Shown piece by piece: positions 48,488 to 60,583 of a DNA stretch of 64,000 bases (the first letter of the stretch is position 1; the number at the start of each line of letters is the position of its first letter). The translations under genes and the position numbers were made by a program. The stretch is from the NCBI RefSeq assembly GCF_963921235.1, contig NC_086101.1:496001-560000 (forward strand), in the 5' to 3' direction. The notes under the pieces were generated by a model. That model was not told the origin of the DNA. It was given only the letters and a program-made list of their open reading frames with translations, and ran no database searches. The stretch comes from Mobula hypostoma (Eukaryota).

Positions 48488-50205
48488 AAGACCATAAGAT
48501 ATAGTAGCAGAATTAGGCCATTTGGCCCAGTGAATCTGCTCCACCATTTCATTTTAGCTGATCCAATTTTCCTCTTGGCCCCAGTCTCCTGCCTTCTCCT
48601 GGTAGCCCTTCATGCCCTGATCAATCAAGAAACTATCAACCTCTGCCTTAAACATACATGGATATTTCCCCTCCATAGCTGCCACTGATTCACTATCCAT
48701 AGATTCACTGTTCTCTGGCTAAAAAAATTCCTCCTCATCTCCATTTTAAAGATACCCCTCTATTCTGGGGTTGTGACCTTTGGTCTTAGACTCTCCCAAA
48801 ATAGGAAGCATCCCCTCCATATCCTTTCACCATTTGATATATTTCAATTAGGTCACCTCTCATTCTTTTGAATTCCAATCAATACAGGCCCAGAGTCATC
48901 AAATACTCTTCATATAAAAACATGTTTCATTTGGGAATCATTTATGTGAACCTGCTTTGGACACTCTCCAGTTTCAGCACATCTTTTCTAAGATAAGGGG
49001 TCCAAAACTGCTCACAGTACTCCAGGTGAGGCCTCACCAGTGCTTTCAAAATTTTCAATATTACATCCCTGCATTTATATTCTTTTCCTCTTGAAATGAA
49101 TGCTGACATTACATCTGCCTTCTTCATACAGACTCAATCTGCAAATTAACCTTTAGGGACTATTTAGAAAACAGTCAGCTCTGTCATTTTTACCAAACTG
49201 CATGGTGATATCCTTCCTGATACTGCATTCCATCTGACACTTCTTTGTCCATTCTCCTAATCTGTTGAAGACCTTCCACAGCCTCTCTATTTCCTCAAAA
49301 TGGTCTGACCCTCAACCATCTTCATATCACCTGCAAACTTTGTAACAAGGTCATCAATTTCATCATACACATCATTGACATTTAACATAAAAAGTATCAA
49401 TCCCAGCACAGACTCCTGTAGAACACACTAGTCAAGAGGCTCCCTTTATACCCACTCTTTGCTTCCTCTCAATCACTCACGGCTTTATCCATGCTAGAAT
49501 CTTTCCTGTGATACCATGGGCACGTAGGTTGTTAAAGCAGCTTCATGTGTGGCATCTTGTCAAAAGCCTTCTGAAAATCCAAATTACACAACATCAATCA
49601 ATTCCCCTTCGTCTATCCTGCTTGTTATTTCCTAAAATTATTTCAACAGGTTTGTCAGGCAAGATTTTCCCTTCAGGAAACCATGCTGACTATTGCCTAT
49701 TTTATCATGTGACTCGGTACTCTCAGACCTAATCATTAATAATCGACTCCAACATCTTCCCAATCTCTGAGGACAGACAAACTGGCCTATAGTTTCCTTT
49801 CTTCTGCCTCTCTCCCTTCTTGAAGAGTGGAGTGACATTTGCAGTTTTCCATTCTTGCTGAACCATTCCAGAATCTTGTGGTTTTTGAACGTTCATTACT
49901 AATGGGTCCACAACCTCTTTATCACCTCTTTCGGAACCCTGGGGTGTAAAACATCTGGGTCACGTGACCTATCTAACTTGACCTTTCAATTTCTCAAGAT
50001 CCTTCCCTCTAGTTCTGGTAACTTTGCACACTTCTGACACCTGGAAGTTCCATCATTATGCTGTGTCTTCCTCAGTTAAGACAGACACAAAATACATATT
50101 CAGTTTGTCTGCCATTTCTTTGTCTCCCATTACTACCTCTCCAGCGTTCTTTTCCAGCTGTCCGATATCCACTCTCACCTCTCTTTTACACTTTATGTAC
50201 CTGAA
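48488..50205 (-). mobile_element. Old CR1 ORF2 3' half
   Basis: [33 protein letters not shown]; (TCTTATGG) tail. Confidence 0.85.
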
Positions 50206-50207
50206 GG

Positions 50208-51036
50208 ATCCACATCAATATGGGACGGGAAAAGTGACTCAGAGTTGATTTGCATGTCTTCGCCCTTGGAAAATTGGCAAAAGACTGAGCTGACTGCCTT
50301 GATGAGGCACAACAGGCAATTTCTGAAATATCGGCAGAGTTATTGGCAGTTCGAACTGTAGCTCTGCAAATTCCAATGGCCCTAGACTTTTTATTAGCTA
50401 AAAAGTGGGGTATGCCTGCTTCAATTGGGCAAGAATGTTGCACCAACACACCAGACAAATCTGAAAATATAACTCACCTGATGGACTATATCTGAGAGGC
50501 AGCAGATAGAATGAGAGAAGTGGGAGAGCAGTTCCACAATGATAATCCTTCAGGAAGCCGGTGACCGTTTGAGACTGGGAGGATGGTGGGATACTGTTTT
50601 ACATTATACAGTTCCACAGTTATAATCCCTCAGGAAGCTGGTGACCATTCGCGACTCTGGGAGGATGGTGGGATACTGTTTTACATTATACAGTTCCACA
50701 ATGATAATCCCTCAGGAAGCTGGTGGCTGTTTGAGACTCTGGGAGGATGGTGGGATACTGTTTTACATTATACAGTTCCACAATGATAATCCCTCAGGAA
50801 GCTGGTGGCTGTTTGAGACTTTGGGAGGATGGTGGGATACTGCTTTACATTATGGAATAACCATTGGAGCAATAATAATCACAACAATCTGATTATGATT
50901 CTTGTGCTCAGTTGTGTGCCAGAAAAGGAGGGGACATTAGGGCTCTGGGAACTCATAGGGAATGGACGGGATAAAAGGGAAAAGAAAGCCCTGTGGTCTG
51001 AAGCATTATCACCTTAAAGACACCATTCACTTTGTA
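50208..51036 (+). pseudogene. env: Endogenous retrovirus env, TM subunit remnant (gamma/epsilon type)
   Basis: DEAQQAISEISAELLAVRTVA-LQIPMALDFLLAKKWGMPASIGQECC-TNTPD (heptad repeat, ISD-like motif, degenerate CX6CC at 50364-50441), Trp-rich MPER, hydrophobic GITIGAIIITTI. Confidence 0.82.
50529..50852 (+). repeat. Tandem repeat, ~82-bp unit, 4 copies, within env
   Basis: CAGTTCCACA at 50529, 50609, 50691, 50773. Confidence 0.95.
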
Positions 51037-53023
51037 ATTAGCCAGAGAAAGTGGCTCACCTGAGGACTGGGAGAAATTCAGAGTTCAGCAGAGGAGGACA
51101 AAGGGCTTAATTAGGAAGGGGAAAAAAGATTGAGAGAAAACTGGCAGAGAACATAAAAACGGACTGTAAAAGCTTTTATAGATATGTAAAAAGGAAAAGA
51201 CTGGTAAAGACAAATGTAGGTCCCCTGTAGACAGAAACAAGTGAATTGATTATGGGGAGCAAGGACATGGCAGACCAATTGAATAATTACTTTGGTTCTG
51301 TCTTCACTAAGGAGGACATAAATAATCTTCCAGAAATAGTAAGGGACAGAGGGTCTAGTGAGATGGAGGAACTGAGTGAAATACATGTTAGTAGGGAAGT
51401 GGTGTTAGGTAAATTGAAGGGATTAAAGGCAGATAAATCCCCAGGGCCAGATGGTCTGCATCCTAGAGTGCTTAAGGAAGTAGCCCAAGAAATAGTGGAT
51501 GCATTAGTGATAATTTTTCAAAACTCGTTAGATTCTGGACTAGTTCCTGAGGATTGGAGGGTGGCTAATGTAACCCCACTTTTTAAAAAAGGAGGGAGAG
51601 AGAAACTGGGGAATTATAGACCGGTTAGCCTAACGTCGGTGGTGGGGAAACTGCTGGAGTCAGTTATCAAGGATGTGATAACAGCACATTTGGAAAGCGG
51701 TGAAATCATCAGACAAAGTCAGCATGGATTTGTGAAAGGAAAATCATGTCTGACGAATCTCATAGAATTTTTTGAGGATGTAACTAGTAGAGTGGATAGG
51801 GGAGAACCAGTGGATGTGGTATATTTGGATTTTCAAAAGGCTTTTGACAGGGTCCCACACAGGAGATTAGTATGCAAACTTAAATCACACGGTATTGGGG
51901 GTAAGGTATTGGTGTGGGTAGAGAATTGGTTAGCAGACAGGAAGCAAAGAGTGGGAATAAACAGGACCTTTTCAGAATGGCAGGCGGTGACTAGTGGGGT
52001 ACCGCAAGGCTCAGTGCTGGGACCCCAGTTGTTTACAATATATATTAATGACTTGGATGAGGGAATTAAATGCAGCATCTCCAAGTTTGCGATGACACGA
52101 AGCTGGGTGGCAGTGTTAGCAGTGAGGAGGATGCTAAGAGGATGCAGGGTGACTTAGATAGGTTGGGTGAGTGGGCAAACTCATGGCAGATGCAATTTAA
52201 TGTGGATAAATGTGAAGTTATCCACTTTGGTGGCAAAAATAGGAAAACAGATTATTATCTGAATGGTGGCCGATTAGGAAAAGGGGAGGTGCAACGAGAC
52301 CTGGGTGTCATTATACACCAGTCATTGAAAGTGGGCATGCAGGTACAGCAGGCGGTGAAAAAGGCGAATGGTATGCTGGCATTTATAGCGAGAGGATTCG
52401 AGTACAGGAGCAGGGAGGTACTACTGCAGTTGTACAAGGCCTTGGTGAGACCACACCTGGAGTATTGTGTGCAGTTTTGGTCCCCTAACCTGAGGAAAGA
52501 CATCTTTGCCATAGAGGGAGTACAAAGAAGGTTCACCAGATTGATTCCTGGGATGGCAGGACTTTCATATGAAGAAAGACTGGATGAACTGGGCTTGTAC
52601 TCGTTGGAATTTAGAAGATTGAGGGGGGATCTGATTGAAACGTATAAGATCCTAAAGGGATTGGACAGGCTAGATGCAGGAAGATTGTTCCCAATGTTGG
52701 GGAAGTCCAGAACGAGGGGTCACAGTTTGAGGATAGAGGGGAAGCCTTTTAGGACCGAGATTAGGAAAAACTTCTTCACACAGAGAGTGGTGAATCTGTG
52801 GAATTCTCTGCCACAGCAAACTGTTGAGGCCAGTTCATTGGCTATGTTTAAGAGGGAGTTAGATGTGGCCCTTGTGGCTACAGGGGTCAGGGGGTATGGA
52901 GGGAAGGCTGGGGCGGGGTTCTGAGTTGGATGATCAGCTATGATCATAATAAATGGCGATGCAGGCTTGAAGGGCCGAATGGCCTACTCCTGCACCTATT
53001 TTCTATGTTTCTATGTTTCTATG
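51037..53023 (+). mobile_element. CR1 subfamily A, 5'-truncated, near-identical to 2298-4280
   Basis: Same ORF2 sequence with a stop and a 1-bp deletion at FADD; TGTAA at both junctions. Confidence 0.95.
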
Positions 53024-53064
53024 TAAGTCTTGATAATATTAGATGTCTGTTGTTATGGGGTAAT

Positions 53065-53540
53065 AAAGAGGAGGGAATGGGGAGATATGTACTGAACTTT
53101 GCATTTTATTGTAAGTATTTGATGTGACAAAATGGAGCTGTACAAACCCTAGAGTGCTGAGCTAGTATGTACAATATATGTATGTGACTAATGTAGCAGG
53201 AAGAAACTACAAAAAAATGTGCTTACTGAAGGAACTCGTGACTGCAAACACTGAACATTGTGCAAAAATGAGGAAGTAGCAGAGACGACTCAACCAGAGA
53301 TGGCAGCCTGCAGCAAATGTATCTGGAACACTGAACTCACTGGAAACAGTAACCTCGTCTTGCTCTTAAGTACAGAAATAATATTTTGTAAACGCTGTGT
53401 CTGAAGTCCCCTACCATCCCTGGTGAGAATGGAGGTGAATTTACCCCTTGCAGGTAATAAAGAATAAAGGTGCTTGATAAAGGTACACTCAGTGTCAGTA
53501 TTGTGTTTTGTGAGACTCAGCAGAGATGTACTTGAAAATG
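53065..53540 (+). mobile_element. Polypurine tract and candidate 3' LTR of the ERV
   Basis: AAAGAGGAGGGAA (53065-53077) followed by TG; AATAAA at 53456 and 53463, then a GT-rich tract; contiguous with env once the CR1 is removed; right end obscured by a CR1 tail. Confidence 0.6.
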
Positions 53541-54390
53541 ACAATAGACAATAGGTGCAGGAGTAGGCCATTTGGCCCTTCGAGCCAGCACTGCCATTCA
53601 CTGTGATCATGGCTGATCATCCACAATCAATATCCAGTTCCTGCCTTATCCCCATAACCTTTGATTCCGCTGTCTTTAAGAGCTCTATCCATCTCTTTCT
53701 TGAAAGTATCCAGAGAAGGCTTCCACAGCCTTCTGGGGCAGAGCATTCCATATATCCACCACTCTCTGGGTGAAAAAGGTTTTCCTGAGCTCTGTTCTAA
53801 ATGGCCTACCCCTTATTCTTAAACTGTGGCCTCTGGTTCTGGACTCACTCATCAGCAGGAACATGCTTCCTGCCTCCAGCGTGTCCAATCCCTTAATAAT
53901 CTTATATGTTTCAATAAGATCCCCTCTCAGCCTTCTAAATTCCAGAGTATACAAGCCCAGTCACTCCAATCTTTCGACATATGACAGTCCCGCCATCCCG
54001 GGAATTAACCTTGTGAACCTACGCTATTCTCCCTCAATAGCAAGAATGTCCTTCCTCAAATTTGGAGACCAAAACTGCACACAGTACTCCAGGTGTGGTC
54101 TCACCAGGGCCCTGTACAGCTGCAGAAAGATTTCTTTGCTCTTATACTCAATTCCCCTTGTTATGAAGTCCAGCATGCAATTAGCTTTCTTCACTGCCTG
54201 CTGTACCTGCATGCTTGCTTTCAATGACTGATGTACAAAACCGCTAAGATCTCATTGTGCTTCCCCTTTTCCTAACTTGACTCCATTTAGATAATAATCT
54301 GTTTTCCTGTTCTTACGACCAAAGTGGATAACCTCACATTTATCCACATTAAACTGCATCTGCCCACTCACCCAGCCTGTCCAAGTCACA
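53540..54390 (-). mobile_element. CR1 3' fragment
   Basis: [25 protein letters not shown]; (ATTGTCT) tail. Confidence 0.9.
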
Positions 54391-54839
54391 ATGGATTAAG
54401 GGTCACAATGGATTGACGGAACATGAGGGGATATTTCTTCACTCAGAGGGTCATCAGAGTGTGAAATGAGCTTAACCCACCCACAAAACCTGTGCCTCTG
54501 AATGGGGTGGAGCCCAAAAAGGTGGGTCCCTCTAATGAGCTGCTGCCAACCAGAGACCGGGGTCCTCGGGCTGGTTTTTGGTGCCACCAGAGAGCATAAT
54601 GGGTGTCATCAAAACTGGTGTGTGGTGAAAGGGATGGTTGTCTAAGGTTACAGTGGAATGGAGACCAGTTCGGAAAGTGGGCCAAGGAATTGCAGGTGGA
54701 TCTTAGCTGTCACTCAGAAACAGTTCTTCAGGGGGTCAAGGACAACTGAGACACAAAAGAGGGAGCTTTCCTTGGGCTCCAGATTCAAACAGACAAGACT
54801 GATGCACTATGGATCAGTTCATCTAGTTTGAAGGTACCA

Positions 54840-55885
54840 AGACAGAATATAAGTGTTGCTTCTCCACCCTGAGGATGGACTCACCAATTAGGAGCACACT
54901 TTGTCGAGCATCTTCGCACCATCCTCCACAAGTGGGGCTTCCCAGTCGGCAAGCATTTTAATTCTCATTCCCATTCCTGTGCCATCAAAGTTGCTGGTGA
55001 ATGCAGCAGGCCAGGCAGCATCTCCAGGAAGAGGTACAGTCGACGTTTCGGGCTGAGACCCTGCGTCAGGACTAACTGAAAGAAGAGCTGGTAAGAGATT
55101 TGAAAGTGAGAGGGGGAGGTGGGAGATCCAAAATGATAGGAGAAGACAGGAGGCGGAGGGATGGAGCCAAGAGCTGGACAGGTGATTGGCAAAAGGGATA
55201 TGAGAGGATCATGGGACAGGAGGCCCAGGGAGAAAGCAAGGGGGGAGGATAAAAACCCAGAGGATGGGCAAGGGGTATAGTCAGAGGGAAAAAAAGGATA
55301 GAGAGAGAGAGAAAGAATGTGTGTATATAAATAAATAACGGATGGGGGGAGGAGGGGCATTAGCGGAAGTTTGAGAAGTCAATGTTCATGCCATCAGGTC
55401 GAAGGCTACCCAGACGGAATATAAGGTGTTGTGGGTGGCGGAGCAGCACATTATATTCCGTCTGGATACCCTCCAACCTGACATCATGAAGATCCATTAC
55501 ACCTTACGGTGAACAAATTCCCCCGACCCTCCTCTGTGCCCCACTCTGATATTTCACTTCTTCTCACCTGCCTATTACTTCCCCGGGGTCCCCTCCTCCT
55601 TCCCTCTCTCCTATGATCCACTCTCCTCCCCTATCAGATTCTTTTTTTCTCCAGCCCACCCTTCCTTGTCCTTTCCACCCAGCAATTGGCAGCTCGCCTC
55701 TTTCCCCTCCCCCACCACATTTTTATTCTGTCATCTTCCCCCGTGTTTCTCAGTTCTGCAGAAGGTCTCGACCCGAAACGCGGCCTGTTTATTATTGTCC
55801 ATAGATGCTGCCTGAGCTACTGAATTCCTCCAGCGTTTTGTGTGAGTTGGTCTGAATTTCCAACATTTGCAGACTTTCTCGTGTT
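54840..55885. mobile_element. PLE fragments: younger minus copy 54986-55432 inside an older plus copy
   Basis: Matches the 9385-9700 pseudo-LTR; hammerhead motif at 55038-55073 (-) with CTGACGC core change. Confidence 0.8.
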
Positions 55886-56040
55886 GGTTCCGCGCCGTGA
55901 CCAGCCGATCACATGCGCATGCGTAACCATCGCGGAGAGTCTCGCGCGTGCGCACAGTGGACAAAGGGACTGGGACACTCGGCGACAGGTAGGAGCGGGG
56001 ATCCGGGCGGTCTTCATCATCGGTACCAGCTCCGAACCGC
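55885..56040 (+). promoter_or_regulatory. CpG-dense candidate promoter with NRF1-type motifs
   Basis: TGCGCATGCGT 55914-55924 and CGCGCGTGCGCA 55943-55954; donor-like CAG|GTAGGA at 55989. Confidence 0.55.
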
Positions 56041-56513
56041 GACTGAAGTCCAGTTACTGTGAGCTCTATCCACACCTTTCCTCCGCACCCTGGAACAGTC
56101 CCTTCCCTCTCTCTCAGCGCAATGATCCGTACTCGGGCTCCGGGGAACTTGCTGTTGATAAGCGAAGGTGCTGGAGCCGTGGATGGTAGAAGGGTTTCTT
56201 GTTCGTGCGGGGTTCTGGGTAAAGAGGAAGCCATAGATGACACAATCAGCGTTTTCCTCATCAGTCCGTAGGCCGTTTTTGGAAGCGCAGGGGGAGGGAA
56301 GGGCAGCAGATTGATCACTCAGGCACTATCGACAACCGAAGAGTTTACCCTCCGGTCAATGAAAATATCAATTTGTGCTGCATGGAAATAACAAAACATA
56401 ATCCTTACATCAGCTTTAGTCATTAAGGAAATCACCTTTGTTTTTTCTTGTTCTGGACCTTTCTACCCGTGAGAACATGTTTACTACCATTCTCTTTGGG
56501 TACATAATGATAT

Positions 56514-59500
56514 AGAACATAGAACATAAAACATAGACAAGTACAGCACAGTACAGGCCCTTTGGCCCACAATGTTGTGCCGACACTCAAACCCTGCCTC
56601 CCATTAAAAACTCCCACCTTAAATTCCTCCATATACCTGTCTAGTAGTCTCTTATACTTCACGAGTGTATCTTCCTCCACCACTGACTCAGGCAGTGCAT
56701 TCCATGCACCAGCCACCCTCTGAGTAAAAAAACCTTCCTCTAATATCCCCCTTGAACTTCCCACCCCTTACCGTAAAGCCATGCCCTCTTGTATTGAGCA
56801 GTGGTGCCCTGGGGAAGAGGCGCTGGCTATCCACTCTATGTATTCCTCTTATTATCTTGTACACCTCTGTCATGTCTCCTTTCGTCTTCCTTCTCTCCAA
56901 AGAGTAAAGCCCCAGCTCCCTTAATCTCTGATCATAATGCATACTCTCTAAACCAGGCAGCATCCTGGTAAATCTCCTCTGTACCCTTTCCAATGCTTCC
57001 ACATCCTTCCTACAGTGAGGTGACCAGAAATGGACACAGTACTCCAAGTGTGGCCTAACCAGAGTTTTATAGAGCTGCATCATTACATCGTGGCTCTTAA
57101 ACTCTATCCCTTGACTTATGAAAGCGAACACCCCGTCAGCTTCCTTAACTACCCTATCCACCTGTGAGGCAACTGTCAGGGATCTGTGGACATATACCCC
57201 CAGAGCCCTCTGCTCCTCCACACTACCAAGTATCCTGCCATTTGCTTTGTACTCTGCCTTGGAGTTTGTCCTTCCAAAGTGTACCACCTCACACTTCTCC
57301 GGGTTGAACTCCATTTGCCACATCTCTGTCCACTTCTGCATCCTATCAATATAGCTCTGCAATCTTTGACAATCCTCTACACTATCTACAACACCACCAA
57401 CCTTTGTGTCATCTGCAAACTTGCCATCCCACAGCCAGGTCGTTAATAAAAATCATGGAAAGTAGAGGTCCCAGAACAGATCCTTGTGGGACACCTCTAG
57501 TCACAATCCTCCAATCTGAATGTACTCCCTCCACTATGACCCTCTGTCTTCTGCAGGCAAGCCAATTCTGAATCCACCTGGCCAAAATTCCCTGGATCCC
57601 ATCCCTTCTGACTTTCTGAATAAGCCTACCATGTGGAACCTTGTCAAATGCCTTATTAAAATCCATATAGATCACATCCACTGCACTACCCTCATCTATA
57701 TGCCTGGTCACCTCCTCAAAGAACTCTATCAGGCTTGTTAGACACGATCTGCCCTTCACAAAGCCATGCTAACTGTCCCTGATCAGACCATGATTCTCCA
57801 AATGCCCAGAGATCCTATCTCTAAGAATCTTTTTCAACTGCTTTCCCACCACAGACGTAAGGCTCACTGGTCTATAATTACCCGGACTATCCCTACTACC
57901 TATTTTGAACAAGGGGACAACATTCACCTCCCTCCAATCCTCCGGTACCATTCCCATGGGCAGCGAGGACATAAAGATGCTAGCCAGAGGCTCAGCAATC
58001 TCTTCTCTTGCCTTGTGGAGCAGCCTGGGGAATATTCTGTCAGGCCCCGGGGACTTATCCGTCCTAACGTATTTTAACAACTCCAACACCTCCTCTCCCT
58101 TAATATCAACATGTTCCAGAACATGAACCTCACTCATATTGTCCTCACCATCATCAAGTTCCCTCTCATTGGTGAATACCGAAGAGAAGTATTCATTGAG
58201 GACCTCGCTCACTTCCGCAGCCTCCAGGCACATTGTCCCACCTTTATCTCTAATTGGTCCTACTTTCACTCCTGTCATCCTTTTTTTCTTCACATAATTG
58301 AAGAATACCTTGGGGTTTTTCTTTACCCTACTCACCAAGGCCTTCTCATGCCCCCTTCCTGCTCTTCTCAGCCCCTTCTTAAGCTCCTTTCTTGCTTCCA
58401 TATATTCCTCAATAGACCCATCTGATCCTTGCTTCCTAAACCTCATGTATGCTGCCTTCTTCCACCTGACTAGATTTTCCACCTCACTTGTCACCCATGG
58501 TTCCTTCACCCTACCATTCTTTATCTTCCTCACCAGGACAAATTTATCCCTAACGTCCTGAAAGAGATCTCTAAACATCGACCACTTGTCCGTAGTACAT
58601 TTCCCTGCAAAAACATCATCCCAATTCACACCCGCAAGTTCTAACCCTGTAACCTCAAAATTTGCCCTTCCCCAATTAAAAATCTTCCTATACTCTCTGA
58701 TTCTAATTTTTTCCATGATAATGCTAAAGGCCAGGGAGCAGTGGTCACTGTCCCCCAGATGCTCACTCACTGAGAGATCTGTGACCTGACCCGGTTCATT
58801 ACCTAGTACTAAATATAGTATGGTATTCCCCCTGGTCGGGTTGTCCACATACTGTGACAGGAATCTGTCCTGGACACACTTAACAAACTCTGCCCCATCT
58901 AAACCCTTGGAACTAATCAGGTGCCAATCAATATTAGGGAAGTTAAAGTCACCCATGACAACAACCCTGTCATTTTTGCACCTTTCCAAAATCTGCCTCC
59001 CAATCTGCTCCTCTGTATCTCTGCTGCTACCAGGGGGCCGATAGAATATCCCCAATATAGTAACTGCTCCCTTCCTATTCCTGACTTCCACCCATATTGA
59101 CTCAAAAGAGGATCCTGCTACATTACCCACCCTTTCTGTAGCTGTAATAGTATCCCTGACCAGTATTGCCACCCCTCATCCCCTTTTTTCGCCCTCCGTA
59201 TCCCTTTTAAAGCACTGAAATCCAGGAATATTGAGAATCCATTCCTGCCCTGGTGCCAGCCAAGTCTCTGTAATGGCCACTACATCATAATTCCATGTAT
59301 GTATTGAAGTTCTCAGTTCATCACCTTTGTCCCTGATGCTTCTTGCATTGAGGTACACACAACTCAGCTCTTCTACCTTATGTTAGACAACAAGAATTCT
59401 GCAGATGCTGGAAATTCAAGCAACACACATAAAAGTTGCTGGTGAATGCAGCAGGCCAGGCAGCATCCCTAGGAAGAGGTGCAGTTGACATTTCAGGCCG

Positions 59501-60113
59501 AGACCCTTCGTCAGGGGATGAAGGGTCTCGGCCTGAAACGTCGACTGCACCTCTTCCTATAGATGCTGCCTGGCCTGCTGCGTTCACCAGCAACTTTTAC
59601 GTACCTTATGTTAGATCTGGCTTTACTCCATGAACTTCTTTCACCGCTCTATCGCTCTGGGTCCCATCCCCCTCGCAAATTAGTTTAAACCCTCCCGAAC
59701 CATGCCAGCAAACCTTCCTGCGAGAATATTGCCCCCCCCCTCGAGTTCAGGTGCAACCCATCCAATCTGTACAGGTCGCACCTTCCCCAGAAGAGATCCC
59801 AATTATGCAAAAATCTAAAATTTGCTCCCTGCACCAACTCCTCAGCCACGCCTTCAACTGCCATCTCCTCCAATTCTTACCATCACTGTCACATAGCACT
59901 GGCAGCAATCCTGAGAACGCCACCCTTGAGGTCCTGTTCTTCAGCCTTCTGCCTAGTTCCCGAAGCTCACACTTCAGGACCTCATCCCTCTTCCTGCCTA
60001 TGTTGTTGGTCCCAACATGTATCACGACTTCTGATCGCTTTCCCTTTCATACCAGGATGTACATGCGGGTGTCCTTCTCACGTCCACACAATCTCCTGTC
60101 TGCTCCTCTGACT
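56514..60113 (-). mobile_element. CR1 subfamily B, truncated within ORF1
   Basis: HVGTNN/DGLHL ORF1, APE and RT fragments; ATAT TSD at 56510-56513 and 60114-60117. Confidence 0.93.
59388..59601. mobile_element. PLE-derived fold-back mini-insertion with 14-bp TSD
   Basis: TSD TACCTTATGTTAGA at 59374-59387 and 59602-59615; ~80-bp near-perfect inverted arms with a very short loop. Confidence 0.9.
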
Positions 60114-60203
60114 ATATCAAATACCTTTGGCCTGGATAACAAAGGACCTGTAGTTTTCACATCACAAATAAGCCACACTCCAATGAGAATGAGGACTGCC
60201 CTC

Positions 60204-60583
60204 CATATAGAGAGGCTTTGAGGAAAGAGAAGCAGAATGCAAGGTGTAAAGACAGTAAGGTAGAAGGGTTGAAATGTGTGTACCTCAATGCAAGAAGCAT
60301 CAGGAACAAAGGTGATGAACTGAGAGCTTGGATACATACATGGAATTGTGATGTAGTGGCCATTACAGAGACTTGGCTGGCACCAGGGCAGGAATGGATT
60401 CTCAATATTCCTGGATTTCAGTGCTTTGAAAGGGATAGAGAGGGCGGAAAAAGGGGAGGAGGGGTGGCATTACTGGTCAGGGATACTATTACAGCTACAG
60501 AAAGGGTGGGTAATGTAGCAGGATCCTCTTTTGAGTCAATATGGGTGGAAGTCAGGAACAGCAGTTACTCTATTACTCTATTG
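60204..60583 (+). mobile_element. Internal CR1-B fragment (APE N-terminus), no 3' tail
   Basis: [27 protein letters not shown]; matches 27049-27430. Confidence 0.9.

Noticed and set aside
50529..50852. CRISPR-like regular repeats
   Set aside because: Head-to-tail units with no unique spacers, eukaryotic context, derived from env
50922..50934. Purine run AAAAGGAGGGGA as the ERV PPT
   Set aside because: Not followed by TG; 53065-53077 fits better
55731..56318. 195-aa minus ORF partly conserved in the second copy (60565-60861)
   Set aside because: No recognisable domain, non-ATG start, runs into PLE sequence; similarity is explained by the DNA duplication
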